Shown one piece after another: positions 19,559 through 28,933 of a stretch of DNA of 64,000 bases. The stretch comes from Chitinophagales bacterium. Lineage in GTDB: Bacteria > Bacteroidota > Bacteroidia > Chitinophagales > Chitinophagaceae. The position numbers and the translations under genes were made by a program. How positions within the stretch are numbered: the stretch's first letter is position 1; every line of letters begins with the position of its first letter. The notes beneath the pieces were generated by a model that was given only the letters and a program-made list of their open reading frames with translations, was not told where the DNA came from and made no database searches. Location: the NCBI GenBank assembly GCA_038244655.1, contig JBBRTG010000010.1, forward strand, positions 12,303 to 76,302. Reading direction: 5' to 3'.

Positions 19559-20815
19559 ATGACAGCACATAAACGGTTAACAATAGGCCTCTTTGGTTTT
19601 GGTGTAGTAGGCGAAGGCTTATATAAAGTATTACAACAAACTTCTTCTTTAAATGCAACGATTAAAAAAGTTTGTATAAAAGATGCGCACAAAAAAAGAA
19701 ATGCGCCTGCAGAATTATTTACAACAAATAGAGATGAATTATTAGATGATGAAACGATAAATGTAATCGTTGAAGTTATTAATGAATCTGAACCTGCCTT
19801 TGAAATTGTTTCAAAAGCTTTAATAAATGGAAAGGCTGTAGTAAGCGCCAGTAAAAAAATGATTGCAGAACATTTGCCTCAAATATTACAACTGCAACTG
19901 GATACCGGCATGCCTTTTCTTTGTGAATCCTCCGCATGTGCCTCCATACCTGTTATCAGGAACCTTGAAGAATATTATGATAATGATCTTTTGCATTCAT
20001 TGCGTGCCATTGTGAATGGATCTACCAATTATATTCTTACCAAAATGTTTGAAGACAAGCTTGATTTTAAAAAAGCATTGCTGCAGGCACAACAGCTTGG
20101 TTTTGCCGAAGCCAATCCCACACTGGATGTTGACGGTTGGGATGCGGTTAACAAATGGGTAATATTACTTTGCCATGCTTATGGAATTGTTACTTCCACT
20201 GATAATATTTTATTTACCGGAATACAAAACATTAATGAAAATGATGCCAATGTAGGAAGAGAAAAAAATTATGAAATACGATTGATAGCACAGGCAAAAA
20301 AATTAGTAAATGGAAAAATTGCTGCATTTGTTTTACCGCAATTTGTAACACACGACGATCATCTTTCTTTTGTAAAAAATGAATACAATGGTGTAGTAAT
20401 TGAAAGTTCATTTGCTGATAAGCAATTTTTTTATGGTAAGGGCGCAGGCAGTTTTCCTACCGCTTCTGCAGTGCTGAGTGATATTTCAGCCTTGCGTTAT
20501 GATTATAAATATGAATACAAAAAATTATACCATCATACACCCAATCAAATCAGCAATGATTTTTATGTAAGAGTATATGTAAGCTTTGATGATTGGGATT
20601 TAATCCCGCGTGAAAAATTTGAGTGGATTGAAGAATGGCATGCACAGGAAGGAAGAAAATATTTAATTGCTGTTATTCATTTTGATCATCTGGCAAAAGA
20701 TGATTGGTGGAAAAAAAATAATACATCGATCATTCTTACTCCTAATGCTATAATAGAAGATATGGAATTAAGAAAACTAAAAAAGAAAAGCTTGGAATTG
20801 GCGGGAATAAGCTGA
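19559..20815 (+). CDS. hom: homoserine dehydrogenase
   Basis: 418 aa. NAD-binding GLFGFGVVGEG and a homoserine-DH catalytic region (VNGSTNYILTKM, GKGAGSFPTASAVLSD). Confidence 0.85.
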   Translation: MTAHKRLTIGLFGFGVVGEGLYKVLQQTSSLNATIKKVCIKDAHKKRNAPAELFTTNRDELLDDETINVIVEVINESEPAFEIVSKALINGKAVVSASKKMIAEHLPQILQLQLDTGMPFLCESSACASIPVIRNLEEYYDNDLLHSLRAIVNGSTNYILTKMFEDKLDFKKALLQAQQLGFAEANPTLDVDGWDAVNKWVILLCHAYGIVTSTDNILFTGIQNINENDANVGREKNYEIRLIAQAKKLVNGKIAAFVLPQFVTHDDHLSFVKNEYNGVVIESSFADKQFFYGKGAGSFPTASAVLSDISALRYDYKYEYKKLYHHTPNQISNDFYVRVYVSFDDWDLIPREKFEWIEEWHAQEGRKYLIAVIHFDHLAKDDWWKKNNTSIILTPNAIIEDMELRKLKKKSLELAGIS

Positions 20816-20825
20816 AAGCGTGAAA

Positions 20826-20871
20826 GCCCCCCTCTCCCTCCGAAGGAGTCCTCTCGACAAAGGAGAGGGGC
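20826..20871. repeat. REP-like hairpin repeat, copy R3 (long variant) between convergent genes
   Basis: cccctctcc-ctccgaaggagtcctctcgacaaa-ggagagggg. 9-bp outer stem. Lies between the hom stop and the T9SS gene stop. Confidence 0.7.
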
Positions 20872-20879
20872 TAAGACAT

Positions 20880-23800
20880 CTATTTTAAAATTATTTTTTG
20901 AGAAAATTCTTCATTGTTGGTTATATCAACAATTCGTACAATATACATACCGGGGCTCATTGCTTTTGTTCTTGCAATTTGTAATGTATTACTAAAGCCG
21001 CTTGTAAAAGTTGCGTCTTTTATAAGCTGGTTTATTGTATTGAGCAATGATATTTTATAAACATGATTTTGTGAATTTTTGAAATCAATATTTATTATAT
21101 CGGTAACCGGGTTTGGATAAACATGTATGCCGGTTTTCGTTTCATTATTCGTAAGCAAAATAGTATTACTGTAGGTAAAAGTATTATTATCATAAAAGAT
21201 TTTCAGCCTGTAAAAATTATTACCAGGATCAGGTTTTGTATCTAAAAAATTATACTGTTGCTCTGCAGCAGAATTACCCCCAGCATCTTTTCTTCCCATT
21301 TCTGTAAAGTTGCTGTAATTGTTTTTGCGTTCTATAACATAATTTTTAATGTTATGCTCGCTGGTGGTTTTCCAGTTTAATAAAATTTTATCATTAATAA
21401 ATTTACCCCCAAATGCAGTTAAGGATACCGGCAGAATTACAAAACATTCTCCATTAAGATTATAGTTGTACGTTCTTTTTACACAACCGCTGTTCACTTC
21501 AATATGGCAAATATATATTCCTGTATCTGATGGTAAAACATCAGGTATGAAATAGCTGGATCCTGATCCAATGAAAGTACTATCTGTGTCGCCTGCATTT
21601 GTTTTTTTGTACCATGCATAAGTTGAGTTATAAATACTGTCGACCCTTAATGTAGTAGGATTGAGAAGGCAATTGGAGCTGGAAATAATTTCATCATCAG
21701 ACAAGGGCAAAATACTTGCATCGCCCAAAGTGGCGTTACCACAGGCATCCAAAGCCCTTAACCTTATTAATGAATAAGTGGTACCGTTATTAATATTAAA
21801 TATGGGAGTGGATTGCGGCACAGTAACTATGGAAGGAACCGAAGGATTGCTTCCGATAATTGAATAACTAAAAGGCCCTACGCCATCAGAGGCTACTGCC
21901 CCCACACTAAACCCGTTTACATCGCATTGGTATGCAGATGACCGGTTTAAATTTGGAAACTGGTAAGGCGGCACCGTTACGGTATCATACAAATAAATGT
22001 TACAGGGATCATTTGCTTTATAACTAACAATATAAGTTGCTGGCCCCAGGTCACTAAAAGTATATACACTATCCAAAACAGAACTGGGATTTAATTTTGG
22101 CGATAATGTGACGTTATCTTTTTTAACAATCCTAACGGTTAGTGAACCCATGTTAGACGCAGCAGTAGTTTTAATATCACCCGAACCATTAGCCCATGTG
22201 CCGCCCGGGCACTTGGCAATTACTGACGGACTGTGAGTAAGATATCCTACAATAGTTCCTACCGTAACTGAATCTTTATTTCCGCATTTATCAGTCGCTA
22301 CAATTTTATATGTTCGCCCTGCAATAACCCCAGGTATGCTATCTATATAAATACTGCTGCTATTATAACTGCTGTTATAAAACAAACTACCATTTGGATC
22401 ATACACTTTAATATTCACCGGCAAAGATTCTCCAATCACTGTAATAGTAAATTTAGAATATCCGTAAGCACAGGATTTATTTGAAGTGACAGTTATGTTT
22501 AATGAGTTAGGTAATTGGGTAAAACATCTTGTTATAGTAGTATCATAACAACTATTAATAATTTTTATACAATAAGATCCATACAGCAAACTATCAAATA
22601 TCCCTGTTGCATTGCAACTTATTTGAACGTTATTACTATCATAGATGCAAAATTGCGGATTGGTAAGATTAAACTGATTAATAATTTTTGCAGTAAAAGT
22701 GGCGCAATCATAATTACTGGTAATTACACTGCTGTTTACAGAAGGAACAGGGCGTATAGCCGTAAAGCAATTTGTAAATGTCGTATCGGGGCAATTATTT
22801 TTTGATTTTATACAATAAGAACCATACGAAAGATTATCAAATCTGCCGGTGCTATCGCAACTAATTAATGAATCAGCATTATTATACAAACAATAATAAG
22901 CGTTTTTTAAAATAGCGCTGCTTGCTGTCGCTGTAAAAGTGGTGCAGGTTTTATTGATCATTGCAATAGCAATATCATTTATAATTATAGGCGGTCCCGC
23001 ATCAAAGCACCTGATAATTGTACTATCAAAACATGAGTCATGAATATGTACACAATAATGCGCTAATGCAAGACTGTCAAATACACCAGTGTAATTACAA
23101 CCTATCAATCCACCAATGCTATCATATAAGCAATACCTTGGATTAGTAAGACTATCTCCGCCAACAATAATTTTAAAATGTGAGCAGTCGAGATACGAAG
23201 GAATGATTGAATCAACAATGGGTGCAGGACGTTTAGCATTAAAACATCTTGTAATAGTTGTATCAATACAACCATCCTTGGTTCGGATGCAATAATTTCC
23301 ATAGGCCAGGCTATCAAATACGCCTGTTGTATTACAGGTTATTAATGTATTTGCAGAATCATATAAACAATAATTCGGATTGGTTAAACCATTTTGCCCA
23401 GTGATACCGGCGGTGAAAGACTGGCAAATTTTATTACTTATAACAACATTATCTCCAACAGATACAGATGGTGTTGCAATAAAACATCTTTGTATTGAAG
23501 TATCCGTACATTCATCAAATGCATGTATGCAATAACTGCCATAAGGAAGATTATTAAAAATTCCCGTTGAATTACATCTTAATAAAACATTATTGTTATC
23601 ATATAGGCAGAAAGCCGGGTTGAAAAAATTTACAATGTTGGTTAATGATGCTGAAAATGAGTTACAGGTTTTATTAAAAATATTTACAATGGCGCCTACA
23701 GAAGGAATTAAATTAACGGAAGCTGTAGTTTTTTTAATTATACCACATGCATCCTTCGCAATAATATCGAAAGTAGAAACTCCTGCAAGGTTAAATGTAA

Positions 23801-24548
23801 AGAAGGGGCTTGCAGACCAGATAGTATCGCCGGGCTGCCTTACAATACCATAAGTAAAACCCGGGATTCCTCCTGCTATACTTATATTGCCGCGGCTATC
23901 AGCAACTTTTATATAACCCGTTGCAGAATCACAATTTATTTTATTGAACACCTCCGAATCAATCCGCCAGGTATAATCATTTATAGTGATTTGCCTTGTT
24001 TGAATTCCCCCACATGAGTCGGTTAATTGTATGCTGTAATTACCTGCAATTAAATTATTAAAAGAACCGGTGCTGTTTGATGTGCCTACGCCCATTGGTG
24101 ACGGAGCAACTATAGTATATACAAATGGTGATCTGCCGTTTTGCTGATCATTCATTGCAATACTTCCATTACTACCTTGATCACAGCTTACATCAATATG
24201 CGTTAATGTAAATCTTGGATCTTCATACGTTCCTGAAACTATTACGCCGGTTTTAGTGTAGGTACAGTTGGTAACAATATCGTTAATAACAATAGTATAG
24301 GTTCCTGCTGATAAACCGGTAATAGAATCGAGTGTAGTAAAATTGGAATTTACGGGGCCAATTGTTTTGTATTTGTAAGAACCTGAGCCGCCTGTAGCAA
24401 ACACTTTTATAGAACCTGTAGCAGCACAACGTGATTCATAGGTAGTAAATGTTGCGCTCAACTGCGAACAACTTTGGCTTTGAGAAGTTTTCGGGAAGAT
24501 GCTGCAGAAACAAAATGAAAGTAAAATAAATAAGTAAAATTTTTGCAT
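20880..24548 (-). CDS. T9SS type A sorting domain-containing repetitive surface protein
   Basis: 1222 aa. Signal peptide, SprB-like Ig-type repeats (GGSGSYKYK..., GVGPFSYSI...), five Cys-rich 80-aa repeats, and a C-terminal Por/T9SS sorting domain (VYPNPVTDIINIDF...GMYIVRIVD...). Confidence 0.88.
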   Translation of the reverse strand: MQKFYLFILLSFCFCSIFPKTSQSQSCSQLSATFTTYESRCAATGSIKVFATGGSGSYKYKTIGPVNSNFTTLDSITGLSAGTYTIVINDIVTNCTYTKTGVIVSGTYEDPRFTLTHIDVSCDQGSNGSIAMNDQQNGRSPFVYTIVAPSPMGVGTSNSTGSFNNLIAGNYSIQLTDSCGGIQTRQITINDYTWRIDSEVFNKINCDSATGYIKVADSRGNISIAGGIPGFTYGIVRQPGDTIWSASPFFTFNLAGVSTFDIIAKDACGIIKKTTASVNLIPSVGAIVNIFNKTCNSFSASLTNIVNFFNPAFCLYDNNNVLLRCNSTGIFNNLPYGSYCIHAFDECTDTSIQRCFIATPSVSVGDNVVISNKICQSFTAGITGQNGLTNPNYCLYDSANTLITCNTTGVFDSLAYGNYCIRTKDGCIDTTITRCFNAKRPAPIVDSIIPSYLDCSHFKIIVGGDSLTNPRYCLYDSIGGLIGCNYTGVFDSLALAHYCVHIHDSCFDSTIIRCFDAGPPIIINDIAIAMINKTCTTFTATASSAILKNAYYCLYNNADSLISCDSTGRFDNLSYGSYCIKSKNNCPDTTFTNCFTAIRPVPSVNSSVITSNYDCATFTAKIINQFNLTNPQFCIYDSNNVQISCNATGIFDSLLYGSYCIKIINSCYDTTITRCFTQLPNSLNITVTSNKSCAYGYSKFTITVIGESLPVNIKVYDPNGSLFYNSSYNSSSIYIDSIPGVIAGRTYKIVATDKCGNKDSVTVGTIVGYLTHSPSVIAKCPGGTWANGSGDIKTTAASNMGSLTVRIVKKDNVTLSPKLNPSSVLDSVYTFSDLGPATYIVSYKANDPCNIYLYDTVTVPPYQFPNLNRSSAYQCDVNGFSVGAVASDGVGPFSYSIIGSNPSVPSIVTVPQSTPIFNINNGTTYSLIRLRALDACGNATLGDASILPLSDDEIISSSNCLLNPTTLRVDSIYNSTYAWYKKTNAGDTDSTFIGSGSSYFIPDVLPSDTGIYICHIEVNSGCVKRTYNYNLNGECFVILPVSLTAFGGKFINDKILLNWKTTSEHNIKNYVIERKNNYSNFTEMGRKDAGGNSAAEQQYNFLDTKPDPGNNFYRLKIFYDNNTFTYSNTILLTNNETKTGIHVYPNPVTDIINIDFKNSQNHVYKISLLNTINQLIKDATFTSGFSNTLQIARTKAMSPGMYIVRIVDITNNEEFSQKIILK
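22521..23705 (-). repeat. five tandem 80-residue (240-nt) six-cysteine repeats inside the T9SS protein
   Basis: The first Cys of each unit falls at residues 295, 375, 455, 535 and 615. Each unit follows C-x18/19-CLYD-x7-C-x2-TG-x-FD-x-L-x-YG-x-YC-x6-C-x-DT-x4-CF. Confidence 0.85.
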
Positions 24549-24963
24549 ACTCGGTGTTTTAAAAGGCTTAGCTTCATTCAGGGATCAATTCATATGCTAC
24601 ATATAAACGGATTGGAAGTATGCATTATTGGGGCAGAAAATATTAGGGTAAAATCACTTAGCAGTAAATTTCCTGCTTAACGAGTAGAAACACTTTACAA
24701 AATGGAATTTGACAAAACCCTTTGCTGTATTGAGCTGCAGCAATAAAAAAATCAGGTAGCAAATTCATCTGCGTTTAGCAGTGAGCGTTAGTTTAATTGA
24801 ATTAATGAAAAAAATTTACTGTCCGATTTTTTGGGGCATTTCATTTTCTTTGGTTTTTATTTTTAAATAATGTATGCTGTTCATAATGTTAGTTAGTTAG
24901 TTACAAAATGTAACAGACCCATTCCTATTTCAGTTGTCCGATTTTTGAGGACAACTCACTTCC

Positions 24964-25125
24964 TTAAGTTTTAAGTTTTCTTTTCAAATCATCCCAGTAC
25001 TTTCTGGGGCGCTCACTATCTGTGAGTATTTGAATTACGTCCACTACAGAGAAATACCATTTCTCCTGTTCTGCATCCCAATGGCTACGGATTTTTTTGC
25101 TTTCAAAAAGTTTGATATTGGGCAT
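24964..25125 (-). pseudogene. truncated BRO-N / antirepressor-like gene fragment (53 codons)
   Basis: My translation: MPNIKLFESKKIRSHWDAEQEKWYFSVVDVIQILTDSERPRKYWDDLKRKLKT*. It matches only the N-terminal module of the ~200-270-aa Bacteroidota BRO-N-type proteins as I remember them. Confidence 0.5.
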
Positions 25126-25213
25126 GATTCAAAGATAACTTATGAGATATGAAGGGATAAGCTTGTTGAAAAATAAAGGCATTAGTAATTTTAGAATAAA
25201 TTTTTTACTTCAT

Positions 25214-25306
25214 TTAATTCATGCCTGCTTCTTTATTTACTGCTTTGATGGTGAGAAAGATGTTTACGATTAAGAGAATTGTAAGGATGATTTGAATGGA
25301 GAGCAT
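25214..25306 (-). CDS. 30-aa hydrophobic mini-protein (paralog 1)
   Basis: My translation: MLSIQIILTILLIVNIFLTIKAVNKEAGMN*. About 80 percent nt identity to 25537-25635, and the differences preserve the reading frame. Confidence 0.4.
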   Translation of the reverse strand: MLSIQIILTILLIVNIFLTIKAVNKEAGMN

Positions 25307-25375
25307 TGATATGAATTATAGATTGTTATTGCTGTAATTAATTGTAGTAAAATCAAAAGATACTAAACCTAAAGT

Positions 25376-25447
25376 TAGTTTACATCTTAATGCTGAATGT
25401 AAACTAAAATCGTATTTGGTTTACATTAAAGAGAGGGATGTAAACTA
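25376..25447. promoter_or_regulatory. twin palindromes (10-bp arms, 11-nt spacers) repeated with a 41-bp period
   Basis: tagtttacat-N11-atgtaaacta at 25376-25406 and tggtttacat-N11-atgtaaacta at 25417-25447. Each is followed by aaat. Confidence 0.6.
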
Positions 25448-25512
25448 AAATTAAACCCCGTTTATATTAAATGTTTCTTTAGAATATACTTTGTCTTTCG
25501 GCTTCTAACTTT

Positions 25513-25635
25513 TTATGTTTCCGCTGTTTTATTTAGTTCATTGCCTGCTTCTTTATTCCCTGCTTTGAGCGTGAGAAAGATGTTTAGGATTAAAAAAATC
25601 GTGAGGATGAGGAGGATGATTTGAATGGAGAGCAT
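25513..25635 (-). CDS. 40-aa hydrophobic mini-protein (paralog 2)
   Basis: My translation: MLSIQIILLILTIFLILNIFLTLKAGNKEAGNELNKTAET*. It starts 30 nt after the stop of the PD-(D/E)XK gene, on the same strand. Confidence 0.4.
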   Translation of the reverse strand: MLSIQIILLILTIFLILNIFLTLKAGNKEAGNELNKTAET

Positions 25636-25665
25636 TAAGAGATTTTAGTTTTTAAGAATACGGTT

Positions 25666-26667
25666 TTATTTTTGAAACTTTGGATATATGCTTCTGAATA
25701 AAATTCCATTCGCTTCTAATGTCGTGATGTCTATTGATTTGACTTCTGATAAATCAGATTTGTATCTCACTTCAGCAACTTCTGACGGAATATAAATTTC
25801 TTCAATCTTCTTTATGTCTTGATGCTTGTAAAACTGCAATGAATCTTTTGAAATCTGATAATCAAATTTAATTTTGATTGATTGCTCTAAAGAATTTCCA
25901 AGCGTTCTACAAACAATGTTATTCAACTTGTCAGTAAGTTCAAAGTCGTCTTGAACTTTTGCAGTTATGCTGTCAATGATTTGTTGAATATTTTTTCCTG
26001 TATTGTTTTGCCTGATAAAAACAGATGCAATCAAAACCTGTGTGTCTGTCGGTGGATTTAATTGCTCGGCTGAAAATGTGTGTATGCGTTCAAAGTTTGA
26101 ATTGCTTTTCACTTCAATTTTTTCTGCTCCAGAATTGAAATCAAATTTTTCCTCTGGTATGCTGTGCCAATAGTTCAATAGAGTTTTTGGATTTGTTGAA
26201 CTCTCAATTAAGAAAAGTTCTGTCCAAAGTCCGTGAACTGTATTTGTTGGAGTGTCATTAAGAGAACGAAAAACTTCAACGAACTTGTTTATCGTCTCAA
26301 CAACTTGCTCTTGTGTCGGTTTAATGTTCAATGCTTTCACGAATGATTCTGCAACACGAAGAAAATATTCTCGCAAGTGTCTGTCCGCACTTGTGAATGT
26401 AACAACTGTGAAAGTTTGAAAACTTTCTTTTCCGTCCTCTGAAATTTTGCATTCAATGTTTTGCAGAAGTTGTAAATACTTCAAGCGAAAATTTTTGAGA
26501 GAAATATTTCTCAACCGATTTGCAACTGATAAAAGCAAAACAGGATTTCCTTCAATGTCAATCGCAACTCTGAAATTTGGAAAGTCAGGAATAGGAATAG
26601 CATTGAAAACTTTTTGGTTGTCTTCGTCAGGAATTACAAGCGTATCATATAGCTCAACTAAGTTCAT
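25666..26667 (-). CDS. PD-(D/E)XK motif protein (putative nuclease subunit of the defence operon)
   Basis: 333 aa. E150 (GLWTELFLIE), D176 and E185-V-K187 (FDFNSGAEKIEVKS, nt 26107-26142) form a classical E...D-xn-ExK pattern. Overlaps the Z1 gene by 4 nt. Confidence 0.7.
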   Translation of the reverse strand: MNLVELYDTLVIPDEDNQKVFNAIPIPDFPNFRVAIDIEGNPVLLLSVANRLRNISLKNFRLKYLQLLQNIECKISEDGKESFQTFTVVTFTSADRHLREYFLRVAESFVKALNIKPTQEQVVETINKFVEVFRSLNDTPTNTVHGLWTELFLIESSTNPKTLLNYWHSIPEEKFDFNSGAEKIEVKSNSNFERIHTFSAEQLNPPTDTQVLIASVFIRQNNTGKNIQQIIDSITAKVQDDFELTDKLNNIVCRTLGNSLEQSIKIKFDYQISKDSLQFYKHQDIKKIEEIYIPSEVAEVRYKSDLSEVKSIDITTLEANGILFRSIYPKFQK

Positions 26668-28931
26668 GCTCTGTTTTCAGGTTGGCGAATAATGTCTGTG
26701 CCAATGTGTTCGGGAATCCATATTGCAAGTGTGGGAACACTTGTGTAATCTGTATCACGCAAATTCAAAAGATGAACCTGAATTGAAACAAGATTTGCAT
26801 TTTTAATTTCCGAATCGCCAGGATAAACATCTCCGATTCTGAACTGTGATGTGTCTTTGGTTGGTTGCTTACCTTGAAAGAGTTGTTGAATTTCATCGTT
26901 ACGAGTTAATCTACGAGTTCTTCTTGTCCAGTCGTTCAAACTTCTTGCACTCATCAAGTAGATTAAACATTCTTCGTTTGGATGTTCAGCTAAATATCTT
27001 CTAAAAATTCCTCTTAAACTTGAATACGAAGCGGAATCACTTTCTCTTGTGAATTTTAATTTGTTCAGCAAGTTGCTCAAACAGTCCTGCAAACGAACTC
27101 TTGCAACAAAATGTCTTTGGTCTTGTGTTCTGTTGTTGTGTCCTTCATCAACTGCAAAACTGTTTTGAATTGGAGTTAAGAACTCAAACAGGTTTGTTCT
27201 GTTTGTGTCAATAAATCCTTCTGTGTCATGCGGTGCATTTATCCTGAACCATTCATCAAAGGTATCTCGGTCTAAGTTGTCATAAAGAATATTTGCTCTT
27301 GTCAAATTCAGCATCATATCCAACACTGCTTCTCTGTTCCAATTATCCAAAGGTTTGTTGTTGATGTCAAATTCTTCCAACTGCTCACGAACATTTTCTT
27401 CGTGGTCAATTATTGCGTTGTAAGAATCAATTGTAACTTGGTCAAGAAACACTCTGCAATAACCTAAGAACCCTCTCTTGTAACCAAAAAATCTTGCTCG
27501 CTGTTGTATCGTGTCAACATTTCCAACTCCTACATTTCTCGGCATGTATGTTACAGTTAATCCTTCAACTGTAAATCCTCTGTCCATTGATTGCCCTCCA
27601 ACAAGAATCCATGAATACGAATCTTGCCAATTGATTTGTGGTGTTGAACCTCGTCTTGAATTTACTTCAACGATTGGAGTGTATTGAATTGCATGAACCA
27701 ATTTGAAATCGGTTAATCTTTCAAAAGGTAAAATGTTTGGAACTGTTCTTCTCAAATCATCATACGCCTCTCTGAAATCAGCTATCAAAATATTTTTTTC
27801 TGCATCATCATTTCCTGTCAAGATTCTTCTCCAACTGTTACAAATTCCTCTTACCCATTCTGTGAATTGATTGTGGTCGCCTTGCAGTCGTGAAGGATGC
27901 ACAAGCATTGAACGGTTTCTTTGGTCTTGTAAAATTTCTCCCGCAACAACTCCCAAAAAGAAAACTCTCATTGCAGCAATCAAACTTTCTGGCGGTTCGT
28001 GTAACGGATGATTCGGTGCAGGTAAATCAGTCAAAGGAATTTCTTCAACAAGATGTGCTTCTTGTCGGAAAAAATCCATTCCTCCTGTGTATTCTGTTCC
28101 AGGTGTAAGCAACTTGATAAAGTTTGGAGAAAGCCGGTCAACTATGTTGATGAATAAATTCGCTTGCGGTGTTGCTGTGTATTGAACGAAAGTGTGATGT
28201 GTGAAAAGTCCTTTCAATCTTGTTATCCGTCTGTAAATTGTTGAAACATCACTCTCGGTCAAATCTTCAATGTCAATTCCTTGTCGTGCTGCTCTCCTCG
28301 CAAGTGTGTTCAAACTTGCTTGGTCTCCCTCGTCATCAATTATTAGTGTTGGCACTCCATTCAAATTAAGTCCGTCAAAAATTTCTGCAATGTTGAACAA
28401 GTGGTCTTTCTGCTTCATTACAGTTAGTAACAAAGTTCTGCATCTTTCATTTTGAAAATTTGGGTCAGCCCATTGTGCTAAAACTGTTTGAATTGTTTCT
28501 TGATGTTCTATCTCACTCGGATTTGGAATCAAAGTCCACTTGCGGTCAAATCGTGTGTCCAACCTTAGTTCTCGTCTCAACCGATTTGTTGACTGATTAA
28601 AAAGTGAAGTTGAAGTTCCTGCAATTACAATTACAATTTGATAATTGTTGTCCCGTGCTAACGCTGCAAGCGTTGTGAACGAAAGCGTTTTTCCGCTTTG
28701 CACATAACCAATTACAATTCCTGTTTCGCTGTGGGTTGGATTGTCAGGATTCCCACACACTTGCATGATGCGATATGTTTCATCCAAAACTCGTTGCCCA
28801 GCTTCATACAGATTTCTATTTCCGTCAATAAGATTTGAATTGCTGCGAAGCAATTCGTTTGTTTCATCACCAACAAAAGGATTCCATTGTTCGTTGGCAT
28901 CGTTGTCTTGAATTTCTATTACCTCTGGCAT
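26664..28931 (-). CDS. Z1 domain-containing helicase-like NTPase
   Basis: 755 aa. Walker A GYVQSGKT (28686-28709), Walker B/DExD-like LIIDDEGDQAS (28323-28337), and a Z1-type C-terminal core GGQSMDRGFTVEGLTVTYM...TIQQRARFFGYK. Confidence 0.85.
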   Translation of the reverse strand: MPEVIEIQDNDANEQWNPFVGDETNELLRSNSNLIDGNRNLYEAGQRVLDETYRIMQVCGNPDNPTHSETGIVIGYVQSGKTLSFTTLAALARDNNYQIVIVIAGTSTSLFNQSTNRLRRELRLDTRFDRKWTLIPNPSEIEHQETIQTVLAQWADPNFQNERCRTLLLTVMKQKDHLFNIAEIFDGLNLNGVPTLIIDDEGDQASLNTLARRAARQGIDIEDLTESDVSTIYRRITRLKGLFTHHTFVQYTATPQANLFINIVDRLSPNFIKLLTPGTEYTGGMDFFRQEAHLVEEIPLTDLPAPNHPLHEPPESLIAAMRVFFLGVVAGEILQDQRNRSMLVHPSRLQGDHNQFTEWVRGICNSWRRILTGNDDAEKNILIADFREAYDDLRRTVPNILPFERLTDFKLVHAIQYTPIVEVNSRRGSTPQINWQDSYSWILVGGQSMDRGFTVEGLTVTYMPRNVGVGNVDTIQQRARFFGYKRGFLGYCRVFLDQVTIDSYNAIIDHEENVREQLEEFDINNKPLDNWNREAVLDMMLNLTRANILYDNLDRDTFDEWFRINAPHDTEGFIDTNRTNLFEFLTPIQNSFAVDEGHNNRTQDQRHFVARVRLQDCLSNLLNKLKFTRESDSASYSSLRGIFRRYLAEHPNEECLIYLMSARSLNDWTRRTRRLTRNDEIQQLFQGKQPTKDTSQFRIGDVYPGDSEIKNANLVSIQVHLLNLRDTDYTSVPTLAIWIPEHIGTDIIRQPENRA

Positions 28932-28933
28932 AT

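Noticed and set aside
24549-25665. Search for an att-type duplicate of the tRNA-Pro 3' end, or an integrase, that would delimit the defence island.
   Set aside because: No convincing copy of tcggggcggcaagattcgaac was seen. The GTCCGATTTTTGRGG repeats resemble it only superficially. No recombinase ORF is present, so the island borders remain undefined.
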